A DNA stretch of 64,000 nucleotides from Candidatus Kapaibacterium sp. (GTDB lineage: Bacteria; Bacteroidota; Ignavibacteria; Palsa-1295). A model generated the notes under the pieces. The model did not search any database. It was not told the DNA's origin and was given only the letters and a program-made list of their open reading frames with translations. The position numbers were made by a program, and so were the translations under genes. The stretch is from the NCBI GenBank assembly GCA_038240295.1, contig JBBSDW010000001.1, forward strand, positions 24,875 to 88,874, in the 5' to 3' direction. Below, one piece after another: positions 10,932 to 21,464 of the stretch (within the stretch, counting starts at the first letter, position 1; each line of letters opens with the position of its first letter).

Positions 10932-11936
10932 CTACTTCTTCCCAACGTTTGTGGTGTCAATCGGCACCGGATTTTCTGTCGGCCCTCCCGTCGTGGGTTG
11001 CTGCGGAGCCAAAGACTTGAGATAGGCCAGCACCTGGATCAGTTGCTCTTCGCTGATCCGTCCCTGAAAGCTCGGCATGATCGGCTGGTAACCTGCAACG
11101 ATCTGTGAGCCTGGGCTCAGGATCGACTGGCGAATGTAATTGTCGTCGACCAATACTTTTTCGCCCGTAGTCAACTGCTGCTGTTTTCCATACAACCCTT
11201 CGAGCACAGGTCCACGGCCGCTGCCATCAGACTTGTGACAGGTAATGCAGCCAAAATCGGTAAAGAGCTTCTCTCCTTTTTGTGTGAGTGTTCCCTCGGT
11301 CGCGCCTCCGTTAAGCCACTTCGCATATTCTTTCGGCTCCATCACGTAGATCGTCCCGATCATTGCTGCATGATTGGTCCCGCAATATTCTGCGCAGAAA
11401 AGATGATAGGCCCCGGGCTTCGTCGCTTCGAACCACATTTGTTCATAGCGATTCGGACCCGGCACGACATCCTGCTTCATTCGAAATGCAGGAACAAAAA
11501 AGCTATGGATCACATCCTCGCTCGCCATAGTAAGGCGGATACGTTTGCCGAGCGGGATGTGCAGTTCATTGATCTCACGCTGACCTTCGGGGTGCTGGAA
11601 TTTCCACATCCACTGTTTGCCGACGACATAGATATCGCTTGCATTTTCCGGAATCCGATATTGCGCGAAAAAGACGCTTGCACCCCAGAAGAACATGACC
11701 ATCGCGAGACAGAATGGGATGATCGTCCAAAGTAACTCGAGCTTGATCGAGCCGGCGATCGGTTTCGGAATCGTATGTTCGGAGCGTCTTCTATATTTTA
11801 CAAAAAAGAAGAGCAGCGTGGACGAAATAAGTACGGTAAAAAAGATCGTCGTCGCCACGAGGAACGCGTAGAGATTGTCGACGCGAGATGCGACGGTCGA
11901 AGCCTGCTCCGGCATGAATGGCAACCACGTTCCCAT
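10932..11936 (-). CDS. ctaC: Cytochrome c oxidase subunit II with a fused C-terminal cytochrome c domain (caa3-type)
   Basis: CuA site HSFFVPAF...[12 protein letters not shown] and a C-terminal haem c motif [11 protein letters not shown]. Confidence 0.9.
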   Translation of the reverse strand: MGTWLPFMPEQASTVASRVDNLYAFLVATTIFFTVLISSTLLFFFVKYRRRSEHTIPKPIAGSIKLELLWTIIPFCLAMVMFFWGASVFFAQYRIPENASDIYVVGKQWMWKFQHPEGQREINELHIPLGKRIRLTMASEDVIHSFFVPAFRMKQDVVPGPNRYEQMWFEATKPGAYHLFCAEYCGTNHAAMIGTIYVMEPKEYAKWLNGGATEGTLTQKGEKLFTDFGCITCHKSDGSGRGPVLEGLYGKQQQLTTGEKVLVDDNYIRQSILSPGSQIVAGYQPIMPSFQGRISEEQLIQVLAYLKSLAPQQPTTGGPTENPVPIDTTNVGKK

Positions 11937-11939
11937 GCG

Positions 11940-12875
11940 CTATTGGATTACTCCTGTATTTACCGGATGCCTGCCCGGTGATGTGACAACGCCTGTGCCT
12001 TCCAACTGATATGCGAGCAACCGCTTTTTACGAATCGAACGGAGCACAATGAAAAGCATACCGAGTGCCAGCAGAGTCGCCGCGCCACTAAAGCGGATCA
12101 GACTAACGATCGTCGCTCCATTCTTCGAACGCATTGGATCGTAATGATAGCAAAAGAGTAAAAACTGATCGGTCAGCGTACCAATTCGTGCGTTCGAAGC
12201 CTCCATCAGCGCGTACTTTAGTTCTTTCGGCGCATACTCGATTCCGAAGAAATACTTGGAGATCTTTCCTTCCGGAGTCGTAAGGATAACGCCCGAAGCG
12301 TGCGCGTATTGCTGGGAGACCGAATCATACACGTATCGAAATCCCGCAGCGCGTGTGACTGCGCCGATCGCTGCGCTATCGCCCGACAGAAAATGCCAAC
12401 CAGCTTCAGTGCCAGCACGATGATACCGGTTTACATAGTTCTTCTTCTTCGCCGCAGCGAGTTGGAATGAATCCTTCGGATTGAAGCTGATAGCGATCAC
12501 ATCGAAATCTTTTCCTGCATTGAGATCGAGTGGGAGGAGCCCAGCGGTAAGTCCATTGAGCACTTCCGTGCACAGCATTGGACACTCGAAATATACAAAC
12601 GCAAGCAGCACTGGGCGCTTACCGAAGAGATCGCCGAGCTTGATCTGCTTGCCCGTTTCATTGGTGAAGGTCACAGACATCGGAAGCTGCTGATCGAGAT
12701 GTTGATCGATCCCGACATTGCTCAGTAACTTAGGCGTGGTGTTCTCGCCGGCGGGACGCGATGTGAGATCGGGGCCGCCTTTCCACATTCGTGGCTGCTG
12801 CGCGTGGACGCGTGTTGCGCAAACGATAAGTAAAAACGCGATCAAGAATTTTTTCATGGTCAGTGATCCCTCCAT
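11940..12875 (-). CDS. SCO1/SenC family copper chaperone (thioredoxin fold)
   Basis: FVYFECPMLCTEVLNG CxxxC motif in a thioredoxin-like domain, with a signal peptide. Sits between the ACIII and oxidase genes. Confidence 0.8.
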   Translation of the reverse strand: MEGSLTMKKFLIAFLLIVCATRVHAQQPRMWKGGPDLTSRPAGENTTPKLLSNVGIDQHLDQQLPMSVTFTNETGKQIKLGDLFGKRPVLLAFVYFECPMLCTEVLNGLTAGLLPLDLNAGKDFDVIAISFNPKDSFQLAAAKKKNYVNRYHRAGTEAGWHFLSGDSAAIGAVTRAAGFRYVYDSVSQQYAHASGVILTTPEGKISKYFFGIEYAPKELKYALMEASNARIGTLTDQFLLFCYHYDPMRSKNGATIVSLIRFSGAATLLALGMLFIVLRSIRKKRLLAYQLEGTGVVTSPGRHPVNTGVIQ

Positions 12876-13411
12876 TCAAGCGATCTACCTGCGCTCATCG
12901 AACTCGGAATGAGCACGCCTTGCTCATTTTGCAGCGTGATCGAATCAATCGTGCGTGATGGAATGGTTTGACGAAGCAGCATTGCCTTTGCGCTATCGAT
13001 CGGCAAATGGATAATGCCGCTTGATCGCTGTGCCCATCCATAGCTGTTCAACTCCCCGGTCTGCGATGCGTGAAAATCTTTCATTTCTTCTAATGGATGC
13101 TCAGCATGGCCTGGCGCAAGCTGAAGCCGCGGCTCAGGCGGAAGCTTATCGGCTGTCGTGCGTTCGATCGGCGTTAAACGGATCTCGCCGCGAAGTTCGC
13201 GGCTATAAAGATACTTGAACGTACCATAGACAATCAAACCAACGAGTGCGAAACCAACCGTCAAGCCAATAACAAACTGAATGATGCCGCGAATATTGAC
13301 GTCACTGTATTCGTGCGTGACATTCTGGTTGCGGATGAGCGCGACATCCGGTGTTTGATCGTCCGGATGTTGATGGAGCTTGCTCTGATCGTTTGGCATT
13401 TGTTCAGTCAA
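12860..13411 (-). CDS. Single-TM hypothetical protein, possibly an ActG-like accessory subunit of the ACIII/caa3 supercomplex
   Basis: One TM helix (IIQFVIGLTVGFALVGLIVYGTF). Position between actF and sco1, overlapping both. The function is inferred from context only. Confidence 0.4.
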   Translation of the reverse strand: MTEQMPNDQSKLHQHPDDQTPDVALIRNQNVTHEYSDVNIRGIIQFVIGLTVGFALVGLIVYGTFKYLYSRELRGEIRLTPIERTTADKLPPEPRLQLAPGHAEHPLEEMKDFHASQTGELNSYGWAQRSSGIIHLPIDSAKAMLLRQTIPSRTIDSITLQNEQGVLIPSSMSAGRSLEWRDH

Positions 13412-13414
13412 GCT

Positions 13415-14620
13415 TTAATGAAAATGATCGGTTGGCAGCAGCGACTGCGTAAGTTCTTCATCGTTCGCAGGCATAAGCGGCCGCCTTTGCAATTGCCAGC
13501 AGAAGTATGCGAAGACGAAGCCGCTCAGCGCCAGAGGCAGCGCGATATCCATCCAACTAATAAAGAAATGCCTGCGATGATACGCCGGTTCAACGTTCCA
13601 ATACAGATCGACAAGACGCATCGCGAGCAGCCATGCGGCAACCCATACGAGCGATCGGCCCTTGCTCTTGATATCCCGTGACAATAATAAAAGGAAGGGC
13701 AACGCAAAGTGCGCAATGATAAGCAGAATGCCGACCGTCTGCCAGCCTCCCAGCGTGCGGGTCATGTACCACGGGATCTCATCTGGAAGATTTCCAGCCC
13801 AAATGATCAAAAATTGGGAGAAGGAGAAATACGCCCAGAGCATCACGAATGCGAAAAGCAATTTTCCGAGATCGCGCAAGTGGCTGCGAAGGATCACCGA
13901 TCGCATTGGCTCGAACTGCATCAGGAGTACGAGCATCACCACCACGAACGATAGCGCGTTGATCAGTTGTCCGAGCATCACCACGAGTCCGTAGATCGTC
14001 GAGTACCATTCGGGATCGAGCGACATCAGCCAGTCGAATGCGGAAAAGGTAACCGTGAGCACAAAGAGCAGCAGCCCGGGGCCGCTCAACCTGAGCGCTT
14101 TATTTGTCCAGGCAGGATTTGCCTGCTTATCCTGCTCCAAAGACCACTTATTCAGTAGCCTCGAAAGCAGATACCAGACTGCGAAATAAATAACAACGCG
14201 GATATAGAAGAATGGCACGTTAAGATAAGGCGCCTTCGCAGTCAGCGACGCACTCGCTTTGACGACGTTCGGATCGGTCCAGGTGAATAGTTCTTTGAGT
14301 CCGATCGCGATCGGAATAAAGAGAATAAAGAGGAGCGGGAATGTGCGAGTTGCGGCCTCGAGAATTCTTCGAATGACGAGGCCCCATGCACCGCCGGAGA
14401 CATACTGAAGCATCAGAAGTCCAAGCGACGCAAGCGGGATCGCGAGCACGAACATGAAGGCAATGAGATACGAGTGCAAAAATTGCGCACGATCGACGAA
14501 CAGACCGAGAATGGAGGCGACCATCCCGATCGCACCCACGAATAGACCGACACGCTGATAGCGCGCGATCTCCAGCGGAGGTGCGTATGAAACCGGAACA
14601 GATAAATTATTCGCGTTCAA
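13415..14620 (-). CDS. actF: Alternative complex III subunit ActF (NrfD/PsrC-like membrane subunit)
   Basis: ~10 TM polytopic protein in the canonical position after actE. Confidence 0.75.
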   Translation of the reverse strand: MNANNLSVPVSYAPPLEIARYQRVGLFVGAIGMVASILGLFVDRAQFLHSYLIAFMFVLAIPLASLGLLMLQYVSGGAWGLVIRRILEAATRTFPLLFILFIPIAIGLKELFTWTDPNVVKASASLTAKAPYLNVPFFYIRVVIYFAVWYLLSRLLNKWSLEQDKQANPAWTNKALRLSGPGLLLFVLTVTFSAFDWLMSLDPEWYSTIYGLVVMLGQLINALSFVVVMLVLLMQFEPMRSVILRSHLRDLGKLLFAFVMLWAYFSFSQFLIIWAGNLPDEIPWYMTRTLGGWQTVGILLIIAHFALPFLLLLSRDIKSKGRSLVWVAAWLLAMRLVDLYWNVEPAYHRRHFFISWMDIALPLALSGFVFAYFCWQLQRRPLMPANDEELTQSLLPTDHFH

Positions 14621-14627
14621 ACTTCTG

Positions 14628-15233
14628 CTATTCAGGTTTGGATGTTACGGGTTTTCTTGAATCGAGTTCGGCGCGCTGCTGAGCTGTCAGATCGGAGGCA
14701 TGCGCATGCTGCGAAGTTTGCAACGCCTTCACATACGCAACAACCGCCCACCGGTCTGCTGGGTCGAGCTGCATTGCATAATCGGGCATCATGCCAAAAC
14801 CATTGGTGATCACATCGAAAAAATGTCCGGGCGGCGCAGCAAGAAGCCCGGTATCGGTACTAAAGTTAGGCGGGGGTGGAAACCCACGCCGTACGACCAT
14901 CCCATCGCCCGCACCCGATAACCCATGACACGGACTGCAGTAAATATTGAAGCGCGCCTGACCGCGATCGAGCATCGCACCAGTGATCGGATATGGGAAC
15001 GTCGCAACGTCGGAGCCTTTACCGGATGCATCGATGGTCTTGCCCTGATAAAAAGCTGGATCTGCTCGAAGAAATCCTCGTGCAACGGTTCCCTCTACGA
15101 GCGGCCGCATGGAGAGGCTATCGTCGAAGACCGCGCTCGAACGGTATGGCTTCATCTTCGGCTGATCGTGCATTTCGTCCCTGCACGCGCCAAGTCCAAG
15201 TAAAGCTGCGATCAGAATGAGATATTTACTCAT
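14628..15233 (-). CDS. actE: Alternative complex III subunit ActE (monohaem cytochrome c lipoprotein)
   Basis: Lipobox LLGLGAC and a single CSPCH haem-binding motif. Confidence 0.8.
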   Translation of the reverse strand: MSKYLILIAALLGLGACRDEMHDQPKMKPYRSSAVFDDSLSMRPLVEGTVARGFLRADPAFYQGKTIDASGKGSDVATFPYPITGAMLDRGQARFNIYCSPCHGLSGAGDGMVVRRGFPPPPNFSTDTGLLAAPPGHFFDVITNGFGMMPDYAMQLDPADRWAVVAYVKALQTSQHAHASDLTAQQRAELDSRKPVTSKPE

Positions 15234-15768
15234 CGATGTCGGATACCTCCCTCGGATTCAAACTTTTTAAGAATTCGTGCGTGCCTTGATGCGTAAAAAG
15301 CGGGTCGGCTTTCGCGATCATCAAAAAAAAACGGTCGTTCGAGGCAAGTGCAAACCGCGGTACGTTAAAGGCCGGATGATATGGCTGCGGGAGTCCGTTC
15401 AGCGCGAGCATGCCGAGCACCGCCGCGAGCGCGGCAAAGAGCACCGTCATCTCGAAGGTGATCGGAATGAATGCAGGCCAGCTGTTGGTTGGCCGGCCAC
15501 CGACATTGATCGGATACGTGATAGCAGAGGCCCAGTACTGCAAGCCAAATCCAAAGAGGCCGCCAAGAATACCGCCGATCAATACGATAAGCGCAAGTTT
15601 GTTTTGCGCGAAGCCGATCGCCTCCGAAAGTTCTTCGATCGGGAATGGTGTGAATGCGTCGATGCGGCGATAACCTGCGGCATAGGTCGCACGTGCGGCG
15701 CGAACAAGTTCGTTCGGGGTATCGAACTCGGCAAGCAATCCGTAAAGCGGTGGTGCGATCTGTTTCAT
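15226..15768 (-). CDS. actD: Alternative complex III subunit ActD
   Basis: 180 aa membrane-anchored protein between actC and actE, as in ACIII operons. Confidence 0.7.
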   Translation of the reverse strand: MKQIAPPLYGLLAEFDTPNELVRAARATYAAGYRRIDAFTPFPIEELSEAIGFAQNKLALIVLIGGILGGLFGFGLQYWASAITYPINVGGRPTNSWPAFIPITFEMTVLFAALAAVLGMLALNGLPQPYHPAFNVPRFALASNDRFFLMIAKADPLFTHQGTHEFLKSLNPREVSDIDE

Positions 15769-15784
15769 GGCTGGTATTCCTTGA

Positions 15785-17167
15785 TCAATGTTTCTCTTTG
15801 ATCGCCGCCGCAGGCAGCATGGCCCGCACCTCGAAGATCGAGATCGTAGGCAGGAACCGAAGGAAAAGGAACAGCAGCGTCAGGAAGAGGCCGATGCTAC
15901 CGACGAAGGTCATCCAGTCATAACGCGTGCCGGCGTACATCCCCCAGGACGAAGGCAGAAAGTCGCGGCTCAAACTTGAGACAACGATCACAAACCGCTC
16001 GAGCCACATGCCGATATTTACGATGATCGAGATCACAAATAATGCCCAGACGCTATTGCGAGTCCGGCGCATCCACATAAGCTGCGGGGTCAGGATATTG
16101 CAAAGGATCAGCGCTGCGTAAAAAATCCCGTACGGTCCGGTGATCCGGTTGACTGTCTGGAAATGCTCGTGCGGATTGCCCGAATAAAGCAAACCCATGA
16201 AGATCTCCATCCCATAGCCATACGCAACTACCAGTCCCATCGCAAGCATCACCTTCGACATATTCTGCAAATGCCGCATAGTGATGAAACCCTCGAGATG
16301 ATAGAACTTTCGGATCGGAATCGCGAGCGTCATCACCATTGCAAATCCAGAATAGATCGCACCAGCTACGAAATAGGGTGGGAAGATCGTGGTGTGCCAG
16401 CCGGGCAAGATCGAGATTGCGAAATCGAAACTCACGACCGTATGCACTGACACAACAAGTGGAGTCGCAAGTCCTGCGAGCAACAAATACATTGTTTCGT
16501 AACGGCTCCAGTGTTTTGCCGAGCCTCGCCATCCCATCGCGAGCAATCCGTAGATCACCTTCTGTACGCGGCCTGTCGCCCGGTCCCGCAACGTTGCCAG
16601 ATCGGGGATCAACCCAACGAACCAGAACATCAAGCTCACGATCGCGTAGGTCGAAACCGCAAACACGTCCCAGATGAGGGGACTGCGAAATTGCGGCCAG
16701 ACCGACATCGTGTTCGGATAGGGAAAGAGCCAATAGGCAAGCCAGGGCCTACCGAGATGGAGCAAGGGATAAACGCCAGCGCACGCGACCGCAAACAGCG
16801 TCATCGCCTCGGCGAACCGGTTGATCGACGTTCGCCAATCCTGCTTCAGCAATAGCAGGATTGCGCTGATGAGGGTGCCCGCGTGGCCGATACCGATCCA
16901 CCAGACGAAATTCACGATCGCAAATCCCCAGCCCACCGGGATGTTCACACCCCAGACACCGATGCCCCTTACAAACAATACCGATACCGCATACAGGAAC
17001 ATCATGAAGAGAGCGAACGAGATCCCGAATCCGATGTACCAACCGCGCGGAGTTTTGTGCGTAAGTACGATCGAGCTGATCTTGTCAGTGACGGTCGCGA
17101 ATGTGTACCCCGGCTCCATGATCGGGGGTACTACCTTCTCTGCCATCATCGGTTCTCTCTCTGCCAT
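15785..17167 (-). CDS. actC: Alternative complex III subunit ActC (NrfD/PsrC-family quinol-interacting membrane subunit)
   Basis: 460 aa polytopic membrane protein typical of NrfD-like subunits, immediately after actB. Confidence 0.85.
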   Translation of the reverse strand: MAEREPMMAEKVVPPIMEPGYTFATVTDKISSIVLTHKTPRGWYIGFGISFALFMMFLYAVSVLFVRGIGVWGVNIPVGWGFAIVNFVWWIGIGHAGTLISAILLLLKQDWRTSINRFAEAMTLFAVACAGVYPLLHLGRPWLAYWLFPYPNTMSVWPQFRSPLIWDVFAVSTYAIVSLMFWFVGLIPDLATLRDRATGRVQKVIYGLLAMGWRGSAKHWSRYETMYLLLAGLATPLVVSVHTVVSFDFAISILPGWHTTIFPPYFVAGAIYSGFAMVMTLAIPIRKFYHLEGFITMRHLQNMSKVMLAMGLVVAYGYGMEIFMGLLYSGNPHEHFQTVNRITGPYGIFYAALILCNILTPQLMWMRRTRNSVWALFVISIIVNIGMWLERFVIVVSSLSRDFLPSSWGMYAGTRYDWMTFVGSIGLFLTLLFLFLRFLPTISIFEVRAMLPAAAIKEKH

Positions 17168-17173
17168 TGTCGC

Positions 17174-20100
17174 TTATGCGTTTTCCGTTTTGGTCGGTTT
17201 CAATGCAGGATTTGGATTTCGCAGGACGCTTAAATACGTGGTGCGCGGCCGAGTATTGAGATCGTCGAGCAGCGAGTAATTTCGCTTCGACGCCTTGAGT
17301 TTCGCAACCTTGCTGTTGGGATCGTTGATATTCCCGAACGTGATCGCATCTGCCGGACAGGCCGACTGACAGGCCGTCACGATCTCGCCGTCGCGAACGA
17401 GTCGGTTCTCCTTTTCAGATTCGATCTTCGCATTCTGTATGCGCTGAATGCAATAGGTGCACTTCTCCATGATGCCACGGCTGCGTACCGTCACCTCGGG
17501 GTTGCGTAAAAGTTTGAGCGACGCTGACGTCCAGTCGTTGAACAACAGAAAGTTAAAGCGGCGAACTTTGTAGGGGCAGTTGTTCGAGCAATAACGCGTA
17601 CCGACACATCGATTATAGACCATGTCATTGGTCCCTTCGGCCGAGTGCACTGTCGCCCCCACTGGACAAACGACTTCGCACGGAGCGTTCTCACAATGCA
17701 TGCAAGGGACAGGCTGAAACACCGACCCATTAGGGTTATCACCCGAACCGGTGAAATATCGATCGATACGGATCCAGTGCATTTCGCGGCTCATCATCAC
17801 CTGTTCCTTGCCGACAACAGGGATGTTATTCTCCGATTGACATGCGACCGTGCAGGCGCTGCAGCCTACACATGAATTGAGATCGATCGCAAGCCCCCAT
17901 GCATAGCCGTTATATGGCCAGTTCGGAAATAGCGAAAGGTCGCGCGGCGTTGGCGGTTCCTCTTCGTGGATATAATCAGGATGCTCCCGATACTCGTCGA
18001 ACGTTGTCTCGTGAACCAGATTCCATCCTTCCATAGAATGGTGCGTCTGCGTCTGAGCCATCACATAACGCTCGGCTGTACTGCGGACGATCAAGCCGGT
18101 TGCATTCCATGGTGTTCCTGTGTTCCGAATGAGATTTGCGTTGAATCCTGTCGCAGTCCCTACGTGACCAGCGCGCGTGCGTCCGTAACCGAGATGAAGC
18201 GTAACAACGCCATCCGGCTGACCCGGAAGTATCCAGGCGGGCGCCTTGATCTTTCTGCCTGCGAGTTCAAGCTCCACAACATCAACCTCGAAATCGCCGC
18301 CGCTCGAACCCATGGAATTTTCAAGTCGAAGATTGCGGGCATCACGCGGACTGAAGAATGCAGCATTATCCCATGTGAGCTTCGTCATTGTTTTTGGAAG
18401 CTCCTGCAACCAGCCATTGTTGGCGAACTGCCCGTCGTGGATGGTGGGGTCAAGTCGGAAATTTACCTCGAAGGTATTGGACGCTGGCTGCTGCTGCGGC
18501 GTTACGTTGGTAAGGAGCCCGCTTGTCTGTTTTGCGGTGAGTCCTCCGGCGGGCAATGCACTCTCTTTTAAAAAGCCATCGTGCACGGCCTGGCGCCAGG
18601 ATGCTTCTGTATTCAACGCTCCCTGCGATTTCCAGTATGCGCGGACAATTTCATAGGATGTGTGGTCCGATTGATCGATGATCGCAGCGAGCACTTCGTG
18701 CTTCGACTTGCCTTGATAGAGCGGTGCGATCAGCGGCTGCACGATCGAGATCGTACCATCATAAGCGCGGGTATCCGACCATGTTTCAAGATAATGAGCT
18801 TCGGGCACATGCCAGTGGCAATAGCTGCTCGTCTCGTCGTTATATAGCCCGTGATAAATGCGGAGTTGCACCGATTCAAGTGCCCCAGCAAAGTTCAAAT
18901 CTGCCGGGGCTGCATAGACAGGATTGCCACCGAGGATGATGAGCGTCGTGACCTTGCGCTGCTGCATATCTGCGACAAGCTCGCGGAGTCCATTGAGCTG
19001 TGCGACCGGATTGACTTCGAGCGGCTTCGTGAAGACGACCGTCGAACCGGCATTCCCCAGCGCACCATTCATTGCGTAGGCGAGCGCGTGGACTGCGGCC
19101 GGTTGTTCATCACCCGCGATCACAAGACTCGAACCACGATGAGCTTTGAGATCTTTTGCGACCTCCTCGATCATCAGTGAGAATGCTTCGGGCACTTCAG
19201 CTGCGGCACCCACACCGATCGCTGCAGCAACCCCTCGTGCGAACATTTCTACCTCGCTCGGCTTCATCGGAATACGATGATCCGAGTTACCGCCCGTCGC
19301 TGTGGCGGTTGTCTCAACCGCGTAAAGTCTGTTCGGCGTATTGCCCGCTTCGGGGTTTCGTTTTTTCGTGTAGTCTTTTATGTAACGGAGATTTTTGGGA
19401 TGGCTGGCAAGGAAATCGGCATCGAGCGAAAGAATTCGGTCTGCCTTTTCGAAGTGATAGATGGGACGAACAGGCTCGCCAAAGACTTCCTGCGCAGCCT
19501 GAAACGCGCCATCGCTCGCAGCGGACTCGTACTGATACCACGTTGCATTCGGATAGAGCTTTAACAGATCCATGATCTGCTTTCCGAGTGTCGGCGATAT
19601 TACGGGCTCAGTGAGAATGCGAAGTCCCTGACCGCCATTTGATTTTTCAACTCCAAGCGCGACGCGGATCTCTCCGATAAAACTCGACCAGGAATGGATC
19701 TCACCGGTGTAGGTGACAGCCTGCGAACGCTCGGGATCGTACAAACCAAGAATAGATGCCTGCGAAAAGATATCCGTGCCACCAAGCGTTGCAGGATGCT
19801 CCGGATTGCCTTCGATCTTCGTTGGCCGGCCTTCGTTGCTACGAACGAGCAATGGGGCTGCACCGCCCGACATCGGCATTGCTGTCGCAAAGTAAAGTGG
19901 CTTGCCTGCCACGATCTCTTCTGGCTGCCTGACATAAGGAAGGAGCTCTTCTTTTGGCTGATAGGCACAGCTGCTGAAACCAGCCAGCGCGAGCGACGCA
20001 CCCATCAACTGCAAGAATCGTCGACGCGAGAACGGATCGACGATCACTTCGACCTGCGATGGATACTCGCGCTTTACATAAGCTTCGAACTCCGGTGTGC

Positions 20101-20353
20101 CCGCCCATTCGTCAATGCTTCTCCAGTACTGTTTGCCGGACTTGCCTTCCACACTTTTTTGAAACGCCAGGACTTCACTGCTCGCAGCGTCGCGTGAGCC
20201 CGCCGCAATCGGATCTGGGGATTCAGGGGTCGTTGGCGTGTCCTGTCCGAGAACCGGCAACGAGAATCCGTTGCCCGATCCAAACTGGATAGGCCCAACT
20301 TCATCGTTCATCCGATCTTTTTTCTGTTGCATTAGCGGTGACAGGTCGAACAA
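17174..20353 (-). CDS. actB: Alternative complex III subunit ActB (molybdopterin-oxidoreductase-like domain fused to a 4Fe-4S ferredoxin-like domain), with a Tat-like motif
   Basis: Internal twin-arginine motif SRRRFLQLMGASLALAGF. Multiple Cys clusters (CVGCSACTVACQSENN, CMHCENAPCEVVCP, CVGTRYCSNNCP, CTYC...CQSACP). Confidence 0.9.
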   Translation of the reverse strand: MFDLSPLMQQKKDRMNDEVGPIQFGSGNGFSLPVLGQDTPTTPESPDPIAAGSRDAASSEVLAFQKSVEGKSGKQYWRSIDEWAGTPEFEAYVKREYPSQVEVIVDPFSRRRFLQLMGASLALAGFSSCAYQPKEELLPYVRQPEEIVAGKPLYFATAMPMSGGAAPLLVRSNEGRPTKIEGNPEHPATLGGTDIFSQASILGLYDPERSQAVTYTGEIHSWSSFIGEIRVALGVEKSNGGQGLRILTEPVISPTLGKQIMDLLKLYPNATWYQYESAASDGAFQAAQEVFGEPVRPIYHFEKADRILSLDADFLASHPKNLRYIKDYTKKRNPEAGNTPNRLYAVETTATATGGNSDHRIPMKPSEVEMFARGVAAAIGVGAAAEVPEAFSLMIEEVAKDLKAHRGSSLVIAGDEQPAAVHALAYAMNGALGNAGSTVVFTKPLEVNPVAQLNGLRELVADMQQRKVTTLIILGGNPVYAAPADLNFAGALESVQLRIYHGLYNDETSSYCHWHVPEAHYLETWSDTRAYDGTISIVQPLIAPLYQGKSKHEVLAAIIDQSDHTSYEIVRAYWKSQGALNTEASWRQAVHDGFLKESALPAGGLTAKQTSGLLTNVTPQQQPASNTFEVNFRLDPTIHDGQFANNGWLQELPKTMTKLTWDNAAFFSPRDARNLRLENSMGSSGGDFEVDVVELELAGRKIKAPAWILPGQPDGVVTLHLGYGRTRAGHVGTATGFNANLIRNTGTPWNATGLIVRSTAERYVMAQTQTHHSMEGWNLVHETTFDEYREHPDYIHEEEPPTPRDLSLFPNWPYNGYAWGLAIDLNSCVGCSACTVACQSENNIPVVGKEQVMMSREMHWIRIDRYFTGSGDNPNGSVFQPVPCMHCENAPCEVVCPVGATVHSAEGTNDMVYNRCVGTRYCSNNCPYKVRRFNFLLFNDWTSASLKLLRNPEVTVRSRGIMEKCTYCIQRIQNAKIESEKENRLVRDGEIVTACQSACPADAITFGNINDPNSKVAKLKASKRNYSLLDDLNTRPRTTYLSVLRNPNPALKPTKTENA

Positions 20354-20991
20354 CTTTCAAGCACGGCTTTCGATTGAATATTGTACTCTTTGGCAAGCCG
20401 TTTTCCACGTTCGGCTTGATCCGAGGGCACGGTCCATGCCATGTTGAAGATCTCGCTTTTTGGTCGCAGCACTTTTTCGGGATTGCGATGACAATCGAGG
20501 CACCACTCCATCTGGAGCGGGCTGACTTGCATCATGAGCGGCATTTGATCGACACGACCATGACACGTCGAGCAGCCTACGCCTTTGCTGACATGAATGC
20601 TGTGGTTGAAATAGACGAAGTCTGGCAGATCGTGCACTTTCGTCCACCGAATCGGCTTCCCGGTTCGAAAACTTGCGCGCACCGGTTCGAGGTATGGGCT
20701 ATCCTTCCAGATTTGCGAATGGCAGTTCATGCAGACGCGAGTCGGCGGAATTCCAGCTGACGCGGCCTTTTCGACGGAAGTGTGACAGTAGCGGCAATCG
20801 AGTCCGACATCGCCAACGTGATGCTTGTGACTGAACTGAACGGGCTGTTCGCGAGCAACGAACGCGTGCGTGATGTAATTGGAACGGTTGAATTCGGCGA
20901 TCGCGAACAGCGCACCAACAATAATGAACAGAGTCCCAAAAATGGTGACTCGGGCAAGCGTGTTCGTACTGTGGTGAAAGATCTGAGACAT
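20332..20991 (-). CDS. actA: Alternative complex III subunit ActA (pentahaem cytochrome c)
   Basis: Five CxxCH motifs (CRYCH, CMNCH, CSTCH, CLDCH, CSTCH) and an N-terminal TM anchor. Confidence 0.9.
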   Translation of the reverse strand: MSQIFHHSTNTLARVTIFGTLFIIVGALFAIAEFNRSNYITHAFVAREQPVQFSHKHHVGDVGLDCRYCHTSVEKAASAGIPPTRVCMNCHSQIWKDSPYLEPVRASFRTGKPIRWTKVHDLPDFVYFNHSIHVSKGVGCSTCHGRVDQMPLMMQVSPLQMEWCLDCHRNPEKVLRPKSEIFNMAWTVPSDQAERGKRLAKEYNIQSKAVLESCSTCHR

Positions 20992-21202
20992 TCCCTAAGT
21001 CTAAGTCTTAGCAAGCGAAGCATCGGCACGGTGCGAGCGTGATGAGTAACGCTCGCTCTGGAATTGAGTTGCGGGCTTAACATGCGCACTTCTGAAATTG
21101 ATTCAATGAAAAGTGATAAACTTTTTTTATTATTCACAAGATTTGAGCGCGATTTTTGCACGGACAATCATTGCACACTATCATTACGAAGACAAACGAC
21201 GT

Positions 21203-21463
21203 ATGAACGACTTGAAGTTACTCAACACCTACGGCACCCAGTTCGAGGCTGAACTTGTAAAAAATAGGCTTGAACGCGAGGGCATCGAAGCTGCGATCGA
21301 ATCTCACGATGCCTCCGGTATGTTCCCTTCTGTAGATTATGCCGACGGCGTACGCGTCTATGTCGAGCCAGATGATTACGAAGAGGCAGTCGCCATTACG
21401 ACCGTGAGCGATGAGAACCAGCTTGATAACATCGATGCCAGCGAGACGCTCGCAGAAGAATAA
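21203..21463 (+). CDS. Small DUF2007-like hypothetical protein
   Basis: 87 aa acidic protein (MNDLKLLNTYGTQFEAELVKNRLEREGIEA...). The internal Met was chosen as the start because the upstream part of the ORF overlaps the actA promoter region. Confidence 0.35.
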   Translation: MNDLKLLNTYGTQFEAELVKNRLEREGIEAAIESHDASGMFPSVDYADGVRVYVEPDDYEEAVAITTVSDENQLDNIDASETLAEE

Positions 21464-21464
21464 A

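Noticed and set aside
17174-17500. Alternative reading of the ActB N-terminal 110 aa as a separate gene
   Set aside because: The reading frame is continuous into the Tat motif and the FeS domains. ACIII ActB proteins are known to have N-terminal extensions before the RR motif.
20727-21167. 146-aa minus-strand ORF overlapping the actA start
   Set aside because: It is out of frame with and overlaps actA, and has no motifs. It more likely covers the act promoter region.
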